Of a DNA stretch of 64,000 nucleotides, positions 42,794 to 53,798 are shown piece by piece. The notes beneath the pieces were generated by a model that had not been told where the DNA came from, searched no databases, and worked only from the letters and a program-made list of their open reading frames with translations. The DNA is taken from the IMG/VR virus record IMGVR_UViG_3300049044_000138; one strand, written 5' to 3'. The stretch's first letter is position 1, and each line of letters starts with the position of its first letter. Source of the stretch: a virus. Made by a program: the position numbers and the translations under genes.

Positions 42794-43297
42794 ATGAACG
42801 CCATCGCTCGCGCCGCAGCCGCGCTAATCTGCCTTGCATCGACCAGCGCGATCGCTGGCCCGGTTGCGGAAACCCTGCAGCATCTTAAGCAAGTCGTCGC
42901 AGCAGAGACCGTGGACCCAACTGCGCGTATATTTGACGCGTCCTTCCGATCGGAAGCATCCAAATCCGGCACCATCTATTGGCTGTGCGGCAAGGTCATC
43001 GCTCATGGCAAACCACCCCGAGCCTTCATCGCAACCTTAAATCCAGATGACGCCGAGCTTTTCCCATTTCCGGAAGTAACCGCCGCTGCATCCGATCAGG
43101 TCGGAAGTCAGTGCCGCGACGGCTTTACAAAATACTCCAGAGGCGACGATGTCGATAAACAACAGCTTCAACAAATATGCGCCCGAGCTAAATATCTTTC
43201 TACAGCTAGGGTGCAGCAGACCACGTTTGACTTGAAATTCATGTCTGAGTGTAAGTTCCGGGGGACTGAGCACCCGTTTGCAGCATTCGATGAATAA
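42794..43297 (+). CDS. Secreted moron protein (copy 2)
   Basis: Repeat of 3450..3953. Confidence 0.75.
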   Translation: MNAIARAAAALICLASTSAIAGPVAETLQHLKQVVAAETVDPTARIFDASFRSEASKSGTIYWLCGKVIAHGKPPRAFIATLNPDDAELFPFPEVTAAASDQVGSQCRDGFTKYSRGDDVDKQQLQQICARAKYLSTARVQQTTFDLKFMSECKFRGTEHPFAAFDE

Positions 43298-43300
43298 GCC

Positions 43301-43975
43301 CTAGCTGCTGGAAAGCCGCTGAGCGACAATACTCCCAAGCTTCGCCCCTGCAGCGTCGATCACCGGCTGCAGAGCGACACGATTGGCAAAGGCCACGCTC
43401 GGGATCAGCACGAAGATCGGCGTCGTGGTGGCACCACGCAGAAAGCCGCGCCGCTCATCCGCCTGCGTCCGCTTGCGGGTGATCGGCCTGAAGGTGCCCG
43501 TCCGTCCGTTCAAGGTGCCTTCGTCGGCGACCAGCAGCGACGCGCGACCAGGCCGATAGACGAAGCGGAGGCGAATGCCCGTGCGCCGTTCCCATTCCCC
43601 CGGCGTGAGGTTGCGGTTGCGCCCGCGAGAACCCGCTGCCGGCAACGGGATGGCGAGATAGAAGCCATCCTTGCCGGCAATGCGCCCCGGCCTGGTGAAG
43701 AACTCGAAGGCACCCTTCGTGCGCGACCCGCCGTTCAGGTAGATCTCGCCCGCCGGGTTTCTGGCGATGCCACTGCGCGGATAGACCGCGGATTTTAGCG
43801 CTCGCCAGAGGCCGCCAGGGACGGCGCTTCGCACCAGCTGCTCCAGATCCTGCTCTAGCTCGCGCGTGGTGACGCGAACCGCATCAGATCCCGCGCGAAG
43901 CATGCGCCGCGCCGCATCGTCCCGGGCAGACCGGATCGATGCGGTGTCGACGCCAAATCGGACGCTATCGGCCAT
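43301..43975 (-). CDS. DUF6441-like tail completion protein (copy 2)
   Basis: Repeat of 3957..4631. Confidence 0.6.
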   Translation of the reverse strand: MADSVRFGVDTASIRSARDDAARRMLRAGSDAVRVTTRELEQDLEQLVRSAVPGGLWRALKSAVYPRSGIARNPAGEIYLNGGSRTKGAFEFFTRPGRIAGKDGFYLAIPLPAAGSRGRNRNLTPGEWERRTGIRLRFVYRPGRASLLVADEGTLNGRTGTFRPITRKRTQADERRGFLRGATTTPIFVLIPSVAFANRVALQPVIDAAGAKLGSIVAQRLSSS

Positions 43976-44095
43976 CCTTGCCTCGCGAAAGTCGATCCAG
44001 GGTGGCAAATGCGTCCATCAGCGCGGCGGGCTGGTCTCCCGGCCCGCCGGCGCTGGGCAGGGCCGCCCCCCCGAACGGCCCCGCGTAACGCTGCG

Positions 44096-44806
44096 TCATG
44101 AACCAGAGGTCGACGACGCCCCAGATCCAGCTTGGGAGTTCAAGGCGGGGATTGCCGGGCCATCGTTCGCCGTCGATGTCCCATCCGCCCTCGACGTGTC
44201 GCTCGACGAAGTCGAGGGGTCGGCGTCGGACTGCGAGGGCTGCTGAAAAGTCCGGTCATCCGTCGCGCCATAGACCAGGCCATAGCCGAAGTTTCCGGCA
44301 CCGATCATTTCCATGGGATCGATCGCCGCCAGCACGGCCTCCGGAATCTGCCGATCCTTGCCGAGCGACCATTGTGCATCGACATTTTCCCAACCAATGC
44401 AGAAGCGGCGAAACACGACGATCGGCGCGATCTCCTTTCGCCGTTCCTGCTGTGCGACCAGCTCGCGATATTCCGGCCAGTGCTGCGCCAGCACGGCCCG
44501 GGCCTGGATCAGCGCCTGCCGATCACTGGGCGAAAGCTTTTCGCCGCGCGACTCGGTTTCGACCAGATCCAGGAGTGTGTCGATTTCCGGGTCGTCAGCC
44601 AGAAGCGCCTGCAGGCCGTTGCGGAAGGCTGAGATCAGCTCGAACGGAAAGACGCGGCCAGCGGCGAAGGTGCCCGAAAGCTCCGCCTCCATCTGGGCGC
44701 GCTCGACAACGCCGGCAGCGCGGAAGAAGTAGCGCGGTGCCGCTTCCTCATCCTTGCGCCAGCTGGGCACATAGGCGTGCCCGGTGGTGGTGTCTGTTGA
44801 GATCAT
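44096..44806 (-). CDS. Tail assembly chaperone (copy 2)
   Basis: Repeat of 4752..5462. Confidence 0.75.
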   Translation of the reverse strand: MISTDTTTGHAYVPSWRKDEEAAPRYFFRAAGVVERAQMEAELSGTFAAGRVFPFELISAFRNGLQALLADDPEIDTLLDLVETESRGEKLSPSDRQALIQARAVLAQHWPEYRELVAQQERRKEIAPIVVFRRFCIGWENVDAQWSLGKDRQIPEAVLAAIDPMEMIGAGNFGYGLVYGATDDRTFQQPSQSDADPSTSSSDTSRADGTSTANDGPAIPALNSQAGSGASSTSGS

Positions 44807-44813
44807 GTTCGCC

Positions 44814-46049
44814 TCAGGAGAAGGTCAGGATGCGATCGCCGTCGCGGCTATTGGCATCCTTGCCGGGATTGAGCGCCTGCCAGCGCGTCGTTTCCGCGCG
44901 GAACGATCCGCGATCGGTCGGTGACGCCTCGATCGGCTGTGCTTTCGGCCCCAGCAGCGAGACGCGGTTGCCGGCGACGTTGCCGAACTGCAGCGCGATC
45001 GGATAGTTTGCGAAGGCGGCTATTTCCGACAGTGTGTCGCGGGTCGTGACCAGCGTCATCAGCGGATCGGCTTCGAAGATCGTGGCGCGGCCGCCAATCT
45101 CGCCGCCAGCATAGCCGTAAGCTGTGTTTGGATCTTCGGGTGCTTCGACGTTGCCGCCGTTCGTCCAGGACCAGCGGCTGATCGGAAGGCCCTTGCGGTT
45201 GACCTGCATTGCGGGCGGGAGGCCGGAGCCCTGCACCAGCAGCGGCGCGGAGTGATTTGCGATCACCGCATTGGTAGGAACGGCGACGGCCGTCTTGCCC
45301 ATGTAAACGCCGGTGAAGGAGAATGCGCCGAAGCCCGGGCGCGCCGTGTTGCCATCAAAATCGACGGTGCCGTGGCAGTCGATCCACTGCTGCAGGTTGC
45401 CATCTTCATACCAATAGATGGTCGCGTAGGGGTGATCGGTAGCACGGGCGGAAACGTCCGCCGGCGACGTGCCAGCATAGGACCAGTTCGCCGGCATGGC
45501 TGCCGAGGTGGATGTATCGAGCGCGGAGCCGTAAAGATCGCTCAGCGTTGCCACCTTGCCGGACGTATAATCGGTGATCAGCGGCATGCGGCCTGCACCG
45601 ACGCCGCCGGTGAGAACCAGCGGCAGACCGCGATAGGCCTGCGCGGTGGTGCTAAAACCTGTGCCGAGCGTCGCACTGGTCGTAGTGCCGGCGGTCAGGG
45701 CGGCAGCGGCGATCGCCGCCGTGAAAAGCCCCCGCATGCCGCATGCCTGCAGAGGCGCATGCAGCGGCGGCTTCACCGACGACGTGTAGGTGACACCAGC
45801 CCCAGCGCCCTTCAGGCGGCTGCGAAAGCCGAAGGTGGCAGGCTGGCCGACGACCAGCGGCGCGGCCGCGACCAGCGAACCATTCGCTTCGTTCGAGGCT
45901 TCCGTCTGATAGGGGCTGTTGTAGGTGATGCTGCCATCCTCGAAGGGAATGGCGTCGGTCGCAGCCGACGGGCTTGCGGCAACGCCTTGGGCAGACTGCA
46001 GCGCAATCAGCAGGACGCCGTTGCGCGGCCGAATTACCGGATCGGACAT
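44814..46049 (-). CDS. Major tail protein (copy 2)
   Basis: Repeat of 5470..6705. Confidence 0.75.
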   Translation of the reverse strand: MSDPVIRPRNGVLLIALQSAQGVAASPSAATDAIPFEDGSITYNSPYQTEASNEANGSLVAAAPLVVGQPATFGFRSRLKGAGAGVTYTSSVKPPLHAPLQACGMRGLFTAAIAAAALTAGTTTSATLGTGFSTTAQAYRGLPLVLTGGVGAGRMPLITDYTSGKVATLSDLYGSALDTSTSAAMPANWSYAGTSPADVSARATDHPYATIYWYEDGNLQQWIDCHGTVDFDGNTARPGFGAFSFTGVYMGKTAVAVPTNAVIANHSAPLLVQGSGLPPAMQVNRKGLPISRWSWTNGGNVEAPEDPNTAYGYAGGEIGGRATIFEADPLMTLVTTRDTLSEIAAFANYPIALQFGNVAGNRVSLLGPKAQPIEASPTDRGSFRAETTRWQALNPGKDANSRDGDRILTFS

Positions 46050-46066
46050 TTTTTACTCCTCTTGTG

Positions 46067-46495
46067 TCAGGCCGGCAGCGCCGGATTTTCTCGGGCAGTG
46101 GAAAACTGGATGATGATGTCGAGGCCGAAGCCGAGACGGCGGACAGAGGCGAGTTCAGCCACGCTCACGCGCAGCCCGCCTTCGTTGATTTCGTCGACCA
46201 GGCCATCCAACGGAGGCTCGGAAAGGAGGGCGGCGACCGTCTGCGCGTGAAGGTCGTTCAGCGCGACATGCGCCTCGACGCCGTCAGCCTGCTCCACGAA
46301 GCCTTCGATCGTCACGGTGAGTTCGTGCCGCGTGTATCCAGCGCCCCGCTCGATCGGCTCCTGGACGCCATCAAAGATGCCGAGCGCCGGAAAAATGTCT
46401 GGATCACCCGCCGGCAGACGCTCGACCTGGACGCCGCCAATCGCGTTCAGCCGCGTCTCGATCTCGGCGAATATGCTTTCGCGGACGCTGGTCAT
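46067..46495 (-). CDS. Tail terminator (copy 2)
   Basis: Repeat of 6723..7151. Confidence 0.65.
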   Translation of the reverse strand: MTSVRESIFAEIETRLNAIGGVQVERLPAGDPDIFPALGIFDGVQEPIERGAGYTRHELTVTIEGFVEQADGVEAHVALNDLHAQTVAALLSEPPLDGLVDEINEGGLRVSVAELASVRRLGFGLDIIIQFSTARENPALPA

Positions 46496-46794
46496 TCCTG
46501 CACCACCAGCCACCAGGCGGCGATATCGTCGCGGCGGGTCCTGTCGATCACCTTCCGCTCGACACCGTCGGAAAGGATCAGGTCACCTTTGCGCGGTTCG
46601 CTGGGCAGGTCGGCCTGCGCGATCTCGAAGCAGATCTTGCGCAGCGTCGATCCGGCACCCTGAAATGTTGGAGCGCCATCTTCCATGCGGACAGCGGGGA
46701 TGCCCTGCGCCGTCAGGCCGGCACCGGTATAGATGACGGTTTCGGAAAAGGCCGCACGGATGTCGGCCAGCGCGGCCTCTTCGTCAGGGCGCAT
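46492..46794 (-). CDS. Head-tail joining protein (copy 2)
   Basis: Repeat of 7148..7450. Confidence 0.65.
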   Translation of the reverse strand: MRPDEEAALADIRAAFSETVIYTGAGLTAQGIPAVRMEDGAPTFQGAGSTLRKICFEIAQADLPSEPRKGDLILSDGVERKVIDRTRRDDIAAWWLVVQE

Positions 46795-47374
46795 CGATCA
46801 GGCCTTGGCCTTCGATGCGCGGGTGGACGCTTCCGGCAACCAGGCCGCGCTGTCATTGTTGACCAGCTCGGCCGCTCTGGTTTCGCCCAGATCGGTTTCG
46901 GTGTCGTCATCGGCACCGACCGTCAGCGTCGAGCCCGCGTCACGATAACCGCCGCGCCGATCGAGCGAGGCGGAATGCAAAATGATAGAGCGCGTCATTT
47001 ACGCCTCCCTTCGTTCATGTGGAAAGGGCGCCGGTGACCGATGCCACCAGCGCCCCCGCAGAAGCCGTATCCAAACGGCGGATTATTTTTTTTTGCCGCC
47101 TTCGCCTTCGCCGTCGCCGGCGTCGCCTTCGTCAGGCGCTATGCTGGCCGCAGCGGTCTTCCTTGGGCCGATCCAGCCCGACCGCTCCGCGATCGCCAGC
47201 TGTTCGGCGTCGACGCCCTTGATTTCGTCATTCTCTGCAAAGTGCTTGCCAGCGATCGCGACATTCCTCTGCGCAAAAAGCTTTGTCTTCGTCCCCATTT
47301 GTCAGCCTCACTAGAAAGGGAACCGTGAGCCACATCAGTAGCCCACGGCTCAAGATGAAGGATTGGCCGCCGGA

Positions 47375-49384
47375 TTAAGCGGTGAGTGCGTCGACCATCG
47401 CGGCGAAGCTTTCAGCATGACGAACCGCGATATCGGCCGACTGGAAAGCCTCGATACGAACCGACCCGGTGCCCGACAGGATGTAGGGGTTCACCAGGAT
47501 ATCGAGGCCGCCCCACATGCCGATCAGCATGTCTGCCCAATTGCCGTAGATGATCGCGGAGCAAACACCGGAAGCGGTGCCCTTTGTCAGGGTCGACGGC
47601 ACTTGGTTCGAGACGGCGGCGCGGTAGCCGTTCATCTCGTTGCCCTTTTCCCAGATCGGGTCGCCGTTTGTGCCGCTGAATTTCTGTGTCAGCTTCAGCT
47701 TGCCGCGAACCTTGGTGTTGGTGAGATAGCCGAGGCTACCCAGCGCCGCATTCGCATTGGCAACCTGTGTTTCCAGGCCGACGATATGATCCCATGCCGG
47801 AGCAAGGCCATTCGTGCCGCCGATCACCGATCCGATGCCGCTGGTGTTGAGGATGCCGCGGGGCTGGTTCGAGGAACCGGAGCCGTTCACGCCCGCCAGA
47901 TCGAGCGCCAGGGCGAGCGTCTGGGCAAGATCCATCCGGACGAAGGACTCGACATCGATCGACGACTGCAGCAGCAGCTGCCGCGACATGTCCGTGAAGG
48001 CGGCGACAGTCTTAGGCGACAGCGCGACCTGGTCGAAAGCCTGCTGGCTTTCCGTGGGCGCCGAGCCTTCACCGACCCAATAGGCGGTCGCGCCGCCATT
48101 CTGGCGCGGAATGGCGAGGTTGCCGTTCAGATCGCCCAGGATGCGGACCCCGAGGCCGGTCAGTGCCATCGCGTTGCGCAGCAATTCGATGAAGCTGCCG
48201 GACAGCAGATCGGTCGCGACGGTATGGCCGCCAGCGGTGGCGGTGCCGACATTCAGGTCGCGTTGCTCGCCATTGACGTCCGACCGCAGCACATCGAGCG
48301 GGATGCGGAGCGAGCCGGCCTTGGCCGACGCCTGACCGCGCTGCAGGGCAGCGGCCGAACATTCCATCTCGAAACCGGCGGCACGCATCGCTTCCGCATC
48401 TTGCGGATTTGCCATGGCGTTCATCAGGCGCACGAAGCTGTAGCGCCGCACGTCGCGCTCCGACATGCCGATCGCGGGATGCTCGGCCGTGCGGATCGCG
48501 GTGGCGTTTCCGGCCTGCGCTTCGAAATCGCGCACGAACTGCTCGACCGAACGACCGTCGTTGACGGCAGCGTCTGCCAGCTCGCGGCAGTTGAGGCGAG
48601 CGCCCATGGCGCGGATCGTAGCGCTGCGCTCGCGTTCGGAAGCGATCGCGACGCTGTGATCGATCGGCGCTGCAGGAGCGGCGGCCGAGCGCTGTTCATT
48701 GACGGGAGCCGCTGCAGCAGCGGCGGCGACAGCGGCGGCGGGCGCAGCAGCGCCGCCACCGGCATTACGAATGCCGAAGTTCATGTCTTCTTCTTCCTCT
48801 TTCACAAGGGTTCTGGGATCAAATGGCTCGGCCTCGCCTTCGCGGCCGACCCCGACGGTCGTGTCTGCAGGGATCGAGACCAGACTGATCTCGTAGGGCT
48901 CCCAATCGGTCACCCGGTATGTCGCGTTGTCGCCGTCACGCTGCGCCAGCACCATTTCGACGATGCGATATCCCACGCTCACCAGCTTGCGGATGCCGTC
49001 AATGACATCCTGAAAGACTTCCTGCGCCCGTGCCGATCTGCCGAACCGGACGACCGCGCGGCCTTTCCTGCCTGAGATCCAGGCACGTTCCACAACGCCG
49101 ACCTGGTCGCGGCCGTTATGGTCCATCAGGAGCGCGCCCCCGTTGTTCAACCGGCCAAGGCGAACAGCGGTATCGGCGTGATCCAGAATTTCGGTGCCCC
49201 ACCAGCGCTCATAAGGCTCTTCGCTGGAGAAGCTGAGTTCGACGGTGCGCGCCTCTTCGTCGTAGGCCTCCGCGCGCACCGTAAATTGCATATCCCGGCG
49301 CAGGCTCTGGTCGATCTCGCTGTCGCGCGACGCCCAGGCATGCGTCATCGTTCCCGCCAACAGGGCGGGGGCAAGCTTCTGCAT
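47375..49384 (-). CDS. Protease-major capsid fusion (copy 2)
   Basis: Repeat of 8031..10040. Confidence 0.92.
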   Translation of the reverse strand: MQKLAPALLAGTMTHAWASRDSEIDQSLRRDMQFTVRAEAYDEEARTVELSFSSEEPYERWWGTEILDHADTAVRLGRLNNGGALLMDHNGRDQVGVVERAWISGRKGRAVVRFGRSARAQEVFQDVIDGIRKLVSVGYRIVEMVLAQRDGDNATYRVTDWEPYEISLVSIPADTTVGVGREGEAEPFDPRTLVKEEEEDMNFGIRNAGGGAAAPAAAVAAAAAAAPVNEQRSAAAPAAPIDHSVAIASERERSATIRAMGARLNCRELADAAVNDGRSVEQFVRDFEAQAGNATAIRTAEHPAIGMSERDVRRYSFVRLMNAMANPQDAEAMRAAGFEMECSAAALQRGQASAKAGSLRIPLDVLRSDVNGEQRDLNVGTATAGGHTVATDLLSGSFIELLRNAMALTGLGVRILGDLNGNLAIPRQNGGATAYWVGEGSAPTESQQAFDQVALSPKTVAAFTDMSRQLLLQSSIDVESFVRMDLAQTLALALDLAGVNGSGSSNQPRGILNTSGIGSVIGGTNGLAPAWDHIVGLETQVANANAALGSLGYLTNTKVRGKLKLTQKFSGTNGDPIWEKGNEMNGYRAAVSNQVPSTLTKGTASGVCSAIIYGNWADMLIGMWGGLDILVNPYILSGTGSVRIEAFQSADIAVRHAESFAAMVDALTA

Positions 49385-49599
49385 TGCTGTCTCCTAAAAA
49401 GTGGCGGAACTAGTGAGCGGACGCGTGCCCGCCTTCGCGCAGTTGGCGCACTGCAGGCCGAGCAAGCACCTTCTCCTGCAGCCGGTGGATGCCTGCGCGA
49501 AACTCATGCACATCATCGGCATGTTGCGTTGGCAGTTCGAGGAAGGCGTTCCATGCCGTCGCGAGAGCTTGGACCACCGCATCTTCATCCTTGGTGAGT

Positions 49600-51168
49600 T
49601 CACACATCGCGCACCTTCGCCCCCGTTTTCGGCGCGGGCTCACTGCCGCCGCTGTTGCCACCGCCCCCTGCGTGGGGCTGCGCCATTCCCATGTCGCTTT
49701 CGGCCTGCAGCTCAGCCCAGACTTCGTCCGGGTCGCGGCCCGATTCGCGGATGATCTGCGCGCGACTGCGCACCCCGAGCGCGACCGCCTCGCGATCGGC
49801 GGCGGCATCGCTCTTCGGATCGACCCAGTCCCATCGACGACCGAAGAAAACGGGCGCGTTGAACTTGTCGAACTTCGTGTAGGGCAGGCTCTTCAGCTCG
49901 GCGTCATGGATCAGCGCGAGTCCCAGCCACCGCTCGAAGATCTGGGCCTTGATCTCCGCATACCAGCCCTGGATCATCTTCCACATGTCGCGTTCGTCCA
50001 GCGTGCCGGCCCGGATCGAACTGAAATTAACCTGCGTAAGATCGCCCGTGAGACTGTGGTTTGCGACCAGCAGGCCCGTCGACAGGCGGCGCAGCACGTT
50101 GCGCGTGAAGGGATCATAGACCTCATTCGGATAGGTCGGATCATATTCCTTCAGCTCATACCCGTCCGGGATGATGTCGAAGGTGCCGGGCTCAGCCGAG
50201 GTGACGAAGTCGCCGCCCCCGGCGCCATAGCCGTCGTCACCACCTTCCTCTCCGCCCATCGGCGGCCCGGCTTCCGGATCTTTCTGCTGGAAAAAGCCCA
50301 TCTTCGCGGCGCCCACGTTCGCTGCCACCAGGGCGGCTTCGTCGAACTGGTCGAGATGCTTGGCATCGCGCAGGGCGACATAAGCCCACGGCACGCCGCG
50401 CCACTGGTCGATCTCTTCCGCAATGAAGAGATGGATGATTTCCGAGGCGTCGACGCGCTCGTACCGCTGGCTTGCCGTGCCGTGCATGTCGGCACCGCCG
50501 TCGATGATGCGCAGATGATAAGCCACCGCCTTCATGAAGGGGTCGAACTCGACGCCCATGCGAATGCGATAGCCGTTCGCCAGATCGCGGTTGTGATCTT
50601 CGTCCAGCAGATGGCCTGGCAGCAGCTGCAGCTGGAAACGGTGCGGGCCGCGATCGCGCCCTTCGACCATCCGGATCAGCACTTCGCCGTCGCGGCCGAC
50701 CATCGTCACAGCCAGGGCGTCGAACTGCGTTTCGCTCAGCCGGCCCGTGACGTCGAAATTCCCACGCTTGACCCACCGGCGATAGGCCCGGCCGATCCGA
50801 TCGCTGTCGGGCTTGTCGGGCTGGCCGTCAGGGCGCCGGCAGTCGACCTTCAGCGTGAAGCCGTTCGGGCCGACAACGTGCGTGCGGATCAGAGAGAAGA
50901 ATTTCCGGCCATATTCGTTGTTGCGGCCAAAATCACGGCTGCGCGCACGCATCGTCCGCAGATGACGCAGCAGCGACATATTCACGGTTTCATCGGTCGT
51001 CGTCCATTTGCTGGTGAGACGATCGGTGACACCCGCCTGAAATCCGCGACGATAGCCGGCGCGCGGCCCGCCGCGAGAAATCCGTTGCCGCGTCGGCGCC
51101 GAGTCTGGCGCCATTGCATCGATCGACCGCGCCCCGCGCGAGAACTCGAAGCCGAAGATCCGCATCAC
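49600..51168 (-). CDS. Portal protein (copy 2)
   Basis: Repeat of 10256..11824. Confidence 0.95.
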   Translation of the reverse strand: MMRIFGFEFSRGARSIDAMAPDSAPTRQRISRGGPRAGYRRGFQAGVTDRLTSKWTTTDETVNMSLLRHLRTMRARSRDFGRNNEYGRKFFSLIRTHVVGPNGFTLKVDCRRPDGQPDKPDSDRIGRAYRRWVKRGNFDVTGRLSETQFDALAVTMVGRDGEVLIRMVEGRDRGPHRFQLQLLPGHLLDEDHNRDLANGYRIRMGVEFDPFMKAVAYHLRIIDGGADMHGTASQRYERVDASEIIHLFIAEEIDQWRGVPWAYVALRDAKHLDQFDEAALVAANVGAAKMGFFQQKDPEAGPPMGGEEGGDDGYGAGGGDFVTSAEPGTFDIIPDGYELKEYDPTYPNEVYDPFTRNVLRRLSTGLLVANHSLTGDLTQVNFSSIRAGTLDERDMWKMIQGWYAEIKAQIFERWLGLALIHDAELKSLPYTKFDKFNAPVFFGRRWDWVDPKSDAAADREAVALGVRSRAQIIRESGRDPDEVWAELQAESDMGMAQPHAGGGGNSGGSEPAPKTGAKVRDV

Positions 51169-51725
51169 AGGCTCACCAGCACGCGGCCCGGCCCAGAACG
51201 GCCTGCTTTGCGGTCCTCACCGGCGACAATCTTTGCATAGTAGCTGCGCAGCGCCGTCAGCTCGCTATGCGCCATGCGCTTGATCTGGCGACCATCGGCG
51301 AACGTGTATTCCAGGTCGGTCTGCGAGGCGCGCCCTTCGATCGCCGCTTCGATCTTCGCCAGCACCTTGCGGGCATGGCTGCGCGTGTCGACGTTCGCGG
51401 TCGGATCGGGCTGCACGCGGATCAGTCCGGTTTCCGCAGTCAGGCGATCGTCGCCCTTCACGATCTTCACCGCCCAACGCCAATCACCTGCGACCCAATC
51501 GGCCGTGATGGTCGACGACAGCAGCAGCGACCAGGCCGTTGCGCCGTCGCCGCCTGCGACTGTCACGGCATCGCCGCCGGCGACGGGCACGAAGATGAAG
51601 GACGCCGCATAGCCGTCGGCCGCCGGATAGGTGGTGGCCAGATCGACGCGGTCAACGCGCAGGCTGTCGCCAGCCACGATCGCCGCCGGCATCGTGGAGC
51701 GCGGCTCTGTCAGCAAATTCGCCAT
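51165..51725 (-). CDS. gpW-like adaptor (copy 2)
   Basis: Repeat of 11821..12381. Confidence 0.7.
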   Translation of the reverse strand: MANLLTEPRSTMPAAIVAGDSLRVDRVDLATTYPAADGYAASFIFVPVAGGDAVTVAGGDGATAWSLLLSSTITADWVAGDWRWAVKIVKGDDRLTAETGLIRVQPDPTANVDTRSHARKVLAKIEAAIEGRASQTDLEYTFADGRQIKRMAHSELTALRSYYAKIVAGEDRKAGRSGPGRVLVSL

Positions 51726-51728
51726 CGG

Positions 51729-53798
51729 CTATCGGTTTCCTAGTCTGTTCATCCAGCCCTGCTTGCGCTGAACTGGCCGGGTCCGCGCCTTGCGTGGTGG
51801 CGCGGCAGGTGGCGTGATCGCCGCCAACGGCTCCGGCACAGTAGCGCCCTGGTCCGGATCGTTGGCGGCTTGGCGTGGCAGAACGACGACACCCTGCTTC
51901 GGCCAGATGATGCGGAAGCCCTTGGGCACCCACAGCATATCGGTGCGCGATTGCGCAAAGGGCGGGCGCAGCAAGGCCACCTCGCCATAAACGAGAATAT
52001 CCCAAGTCTCATTTCGAGCCCGGCGCTTCTCCCATTTGCCGTCCTTCAGCTCTTCCGCCGTGATCTCTTCGACATGTTCGTCGCTCAGATCTTCCGGCAG
52101 ATGGATGTAGCCCGGTCCAGGCGCCGATCGGCGCAGGCGAGCATCGATCATGTTCTTCACGACGTGGACGTTCGGAATCCACAGCTTCGCGCTGCTCCGC
52201 TTCGCCGTACCCTTCGCCTTCTGATCGGCGAACTGGCCGGGCGGCATCAGCTTGCCCGTCGGCTTTGACCCGCCCTTAACCAGCGTGATCCGGGTCGGAT
52301 GCACGCCCAGAGCACGCGCCGCATTCCAGAACCATTTCGCGCCGGCGGTAGCCTGGTCGCCCTTGCGGTCGGAACCGCCCGTGTCGACGACCAATGACAG
52401 CACGGGGGCGTGACCGATCGGCTTCCCATCCTCGCCAAGCTCGGCCAGCGGATAAAGCCGATCGAACAGGCCGAGCAGCACTTTCCAATGTTCGGGATGC
52501 GTGAACGGCGCCACCTGCGTCAGGCCGTCGTCCAACACATCGATCGCGAAGCGGTCAATCAGCCAGCTTTCCCGGTCCTTACCGTAGCCGACCGCGCCGC
52601 ACTCGAACCGATCGTGCTGGACGTCGATCATGATGTTGATCACTTTGACGCCACGCGGCACCGTGCCGAGCTTCCACCCCGCCTCGCGGCGCTGCTTCAG
52701 CGCATCGGTCTCGACCGGCTTTTCGCCTGAGAGCACCGAACGATAGTTCTGGCCGCCCTTGACGTTGAAGAACGCCTTAAGCGGCGCCTCATCCTGTCGC
52801 AGATCCCAGGCGATCTCGGCTTCCCGCCACTGCCGGGCCAGCTTGCCCCAAGTGGTGAAGGTCAGCAGACCGTCACGGCGGAATGTGCGACGCCGGCGCC
52901 CGACGTTGCGATTGCGGGCCACGAAGCCTCGGTTCGGCAGATCGGCCGTGCTGGCGATCAGGCGCGACCGTTCGGGCGGCAGCAAAATGCAGCCATTGGC
53001 CGGGCAGACGACATGCGCCGATTGCTCGGCCAACTCCAGTGAGCCGCGCTCGAACTTCAAATCGCGGCGAATATCCAGCTCGATCCGCTCTTCGCAGTGC
53101 GGGCACACCGGCTGCAGCCGTTCGTCGGTGCCGGCCTCGATAAAGGCCTCGATATTCGCCTTACGTGACCCCGGCTCCCATGCGGGCGAGGACGACACCA
53201 GGATCGTTTCCCGGCCCTCGAACGAAGTCATACGCCCATACATGAGCGATACGCCGTCGCCCTGACCGTCGATATCGGCAGGGAACTGGTCGAAGTCGTC
53301 GAGCCATCCGCGCTGGATGGATCGGGCGCGAGCCATGTTCGCCGGCCATGTCGATGTCAGCAACATGCCCCGGAACTGCTTCAGGAACATGTTGTCGGCG
53401 CTGGCAGTGGGCAGCAACTGAGCCTTCACCACCGGCGATTTCTCAATCATCACGCCGATGCGGCGGACGACGAAGTCCTGCATCAGCACCTTGTCGGGCT
53501 GCACTACCATGAACGGCGCGGGGCTATGTTCGATGGACCAGCCCATAAAGGCTTCGCCCACCTTCGACTTGCCGGCCTGCGCTGGCCCCATGTCCCCGAC
53601 TTCGGAAGTTTCCGGGTCGGAGCAGGCGTCCATGATCTCGGCCAGGAACGGCAGCGCGAGCGGATCATATTCGGGCAGATATTTTTCTGCCCATTGAGAA
53701 ACGGTCAGCCCCTCTTTGGGGCGGATCAGCGACGCGAGCCGCCGAACAATGTCAAAGCCGGTTTCAAACGGCGGGATCTCGATCGGTCGATACAGCAT
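51729..53798 (-). CDS. terL: Terminase large subunit (copy 2)
   Basis: Repeat of 12385..14454. Confidence 0.95.
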   Translation of the reverse strand: MLYRPIEIPPFETGFDIVRRLASLIRPKEGLTVSQWAEKYLPEYDPLALPFLAEIMDACSDPETSEVGDMGPAQAGKSKVGEAFMGWSIEHSPAPFMVVQPDKVLMQDFVVRRIGVMIEKSPVVKAQLLPTASADNMFLKQFRGMLLTSTWPANMARARSIQRGWLDDFDQFPADIDGQGDGVSLMYGRMTSFEGRETILVSSSPAWEPGSRKANIEAFIEAGTDERLQPVCPHCEERIELDIRRDLKFERGSLELAEQSAHVVCPANGCILLPPERSRLIASTADLPNRGFVARNRNVGRRRRTFRRDGLLTFTTWGKLARQWREAEIAWDLRQDEAPLKAFFNVKGGQNYRSVLSGEKPVETDALKQRREAGWKLGTVPRGVKVINIMIDVQHDRFECGAVGYGKDRESWLIDRFAIDVLDDGLTQVAPFTHPEHWKVLLGLFDRLYPLAELGEDGKPIGHAPVLSLVVDTGGSDRKGDQATAGAKWFWNAARALGVHPTRITLVKGGSKPTGKLMPPGQFADQKAKGTAKRSSAKLWIPNVHVVKNMIDARLRRSAPGPGYIHLPEDLSDEHVEEITAEELKDGKWEKRRARNETWDILVYGEVALLRPPFAQSRTDMLWVPKGFRIIWPKQGVVVLPRQAANDPDQGATVPEPLAAITPPAAPPRKARTRPVQRKQGWMNRLGNR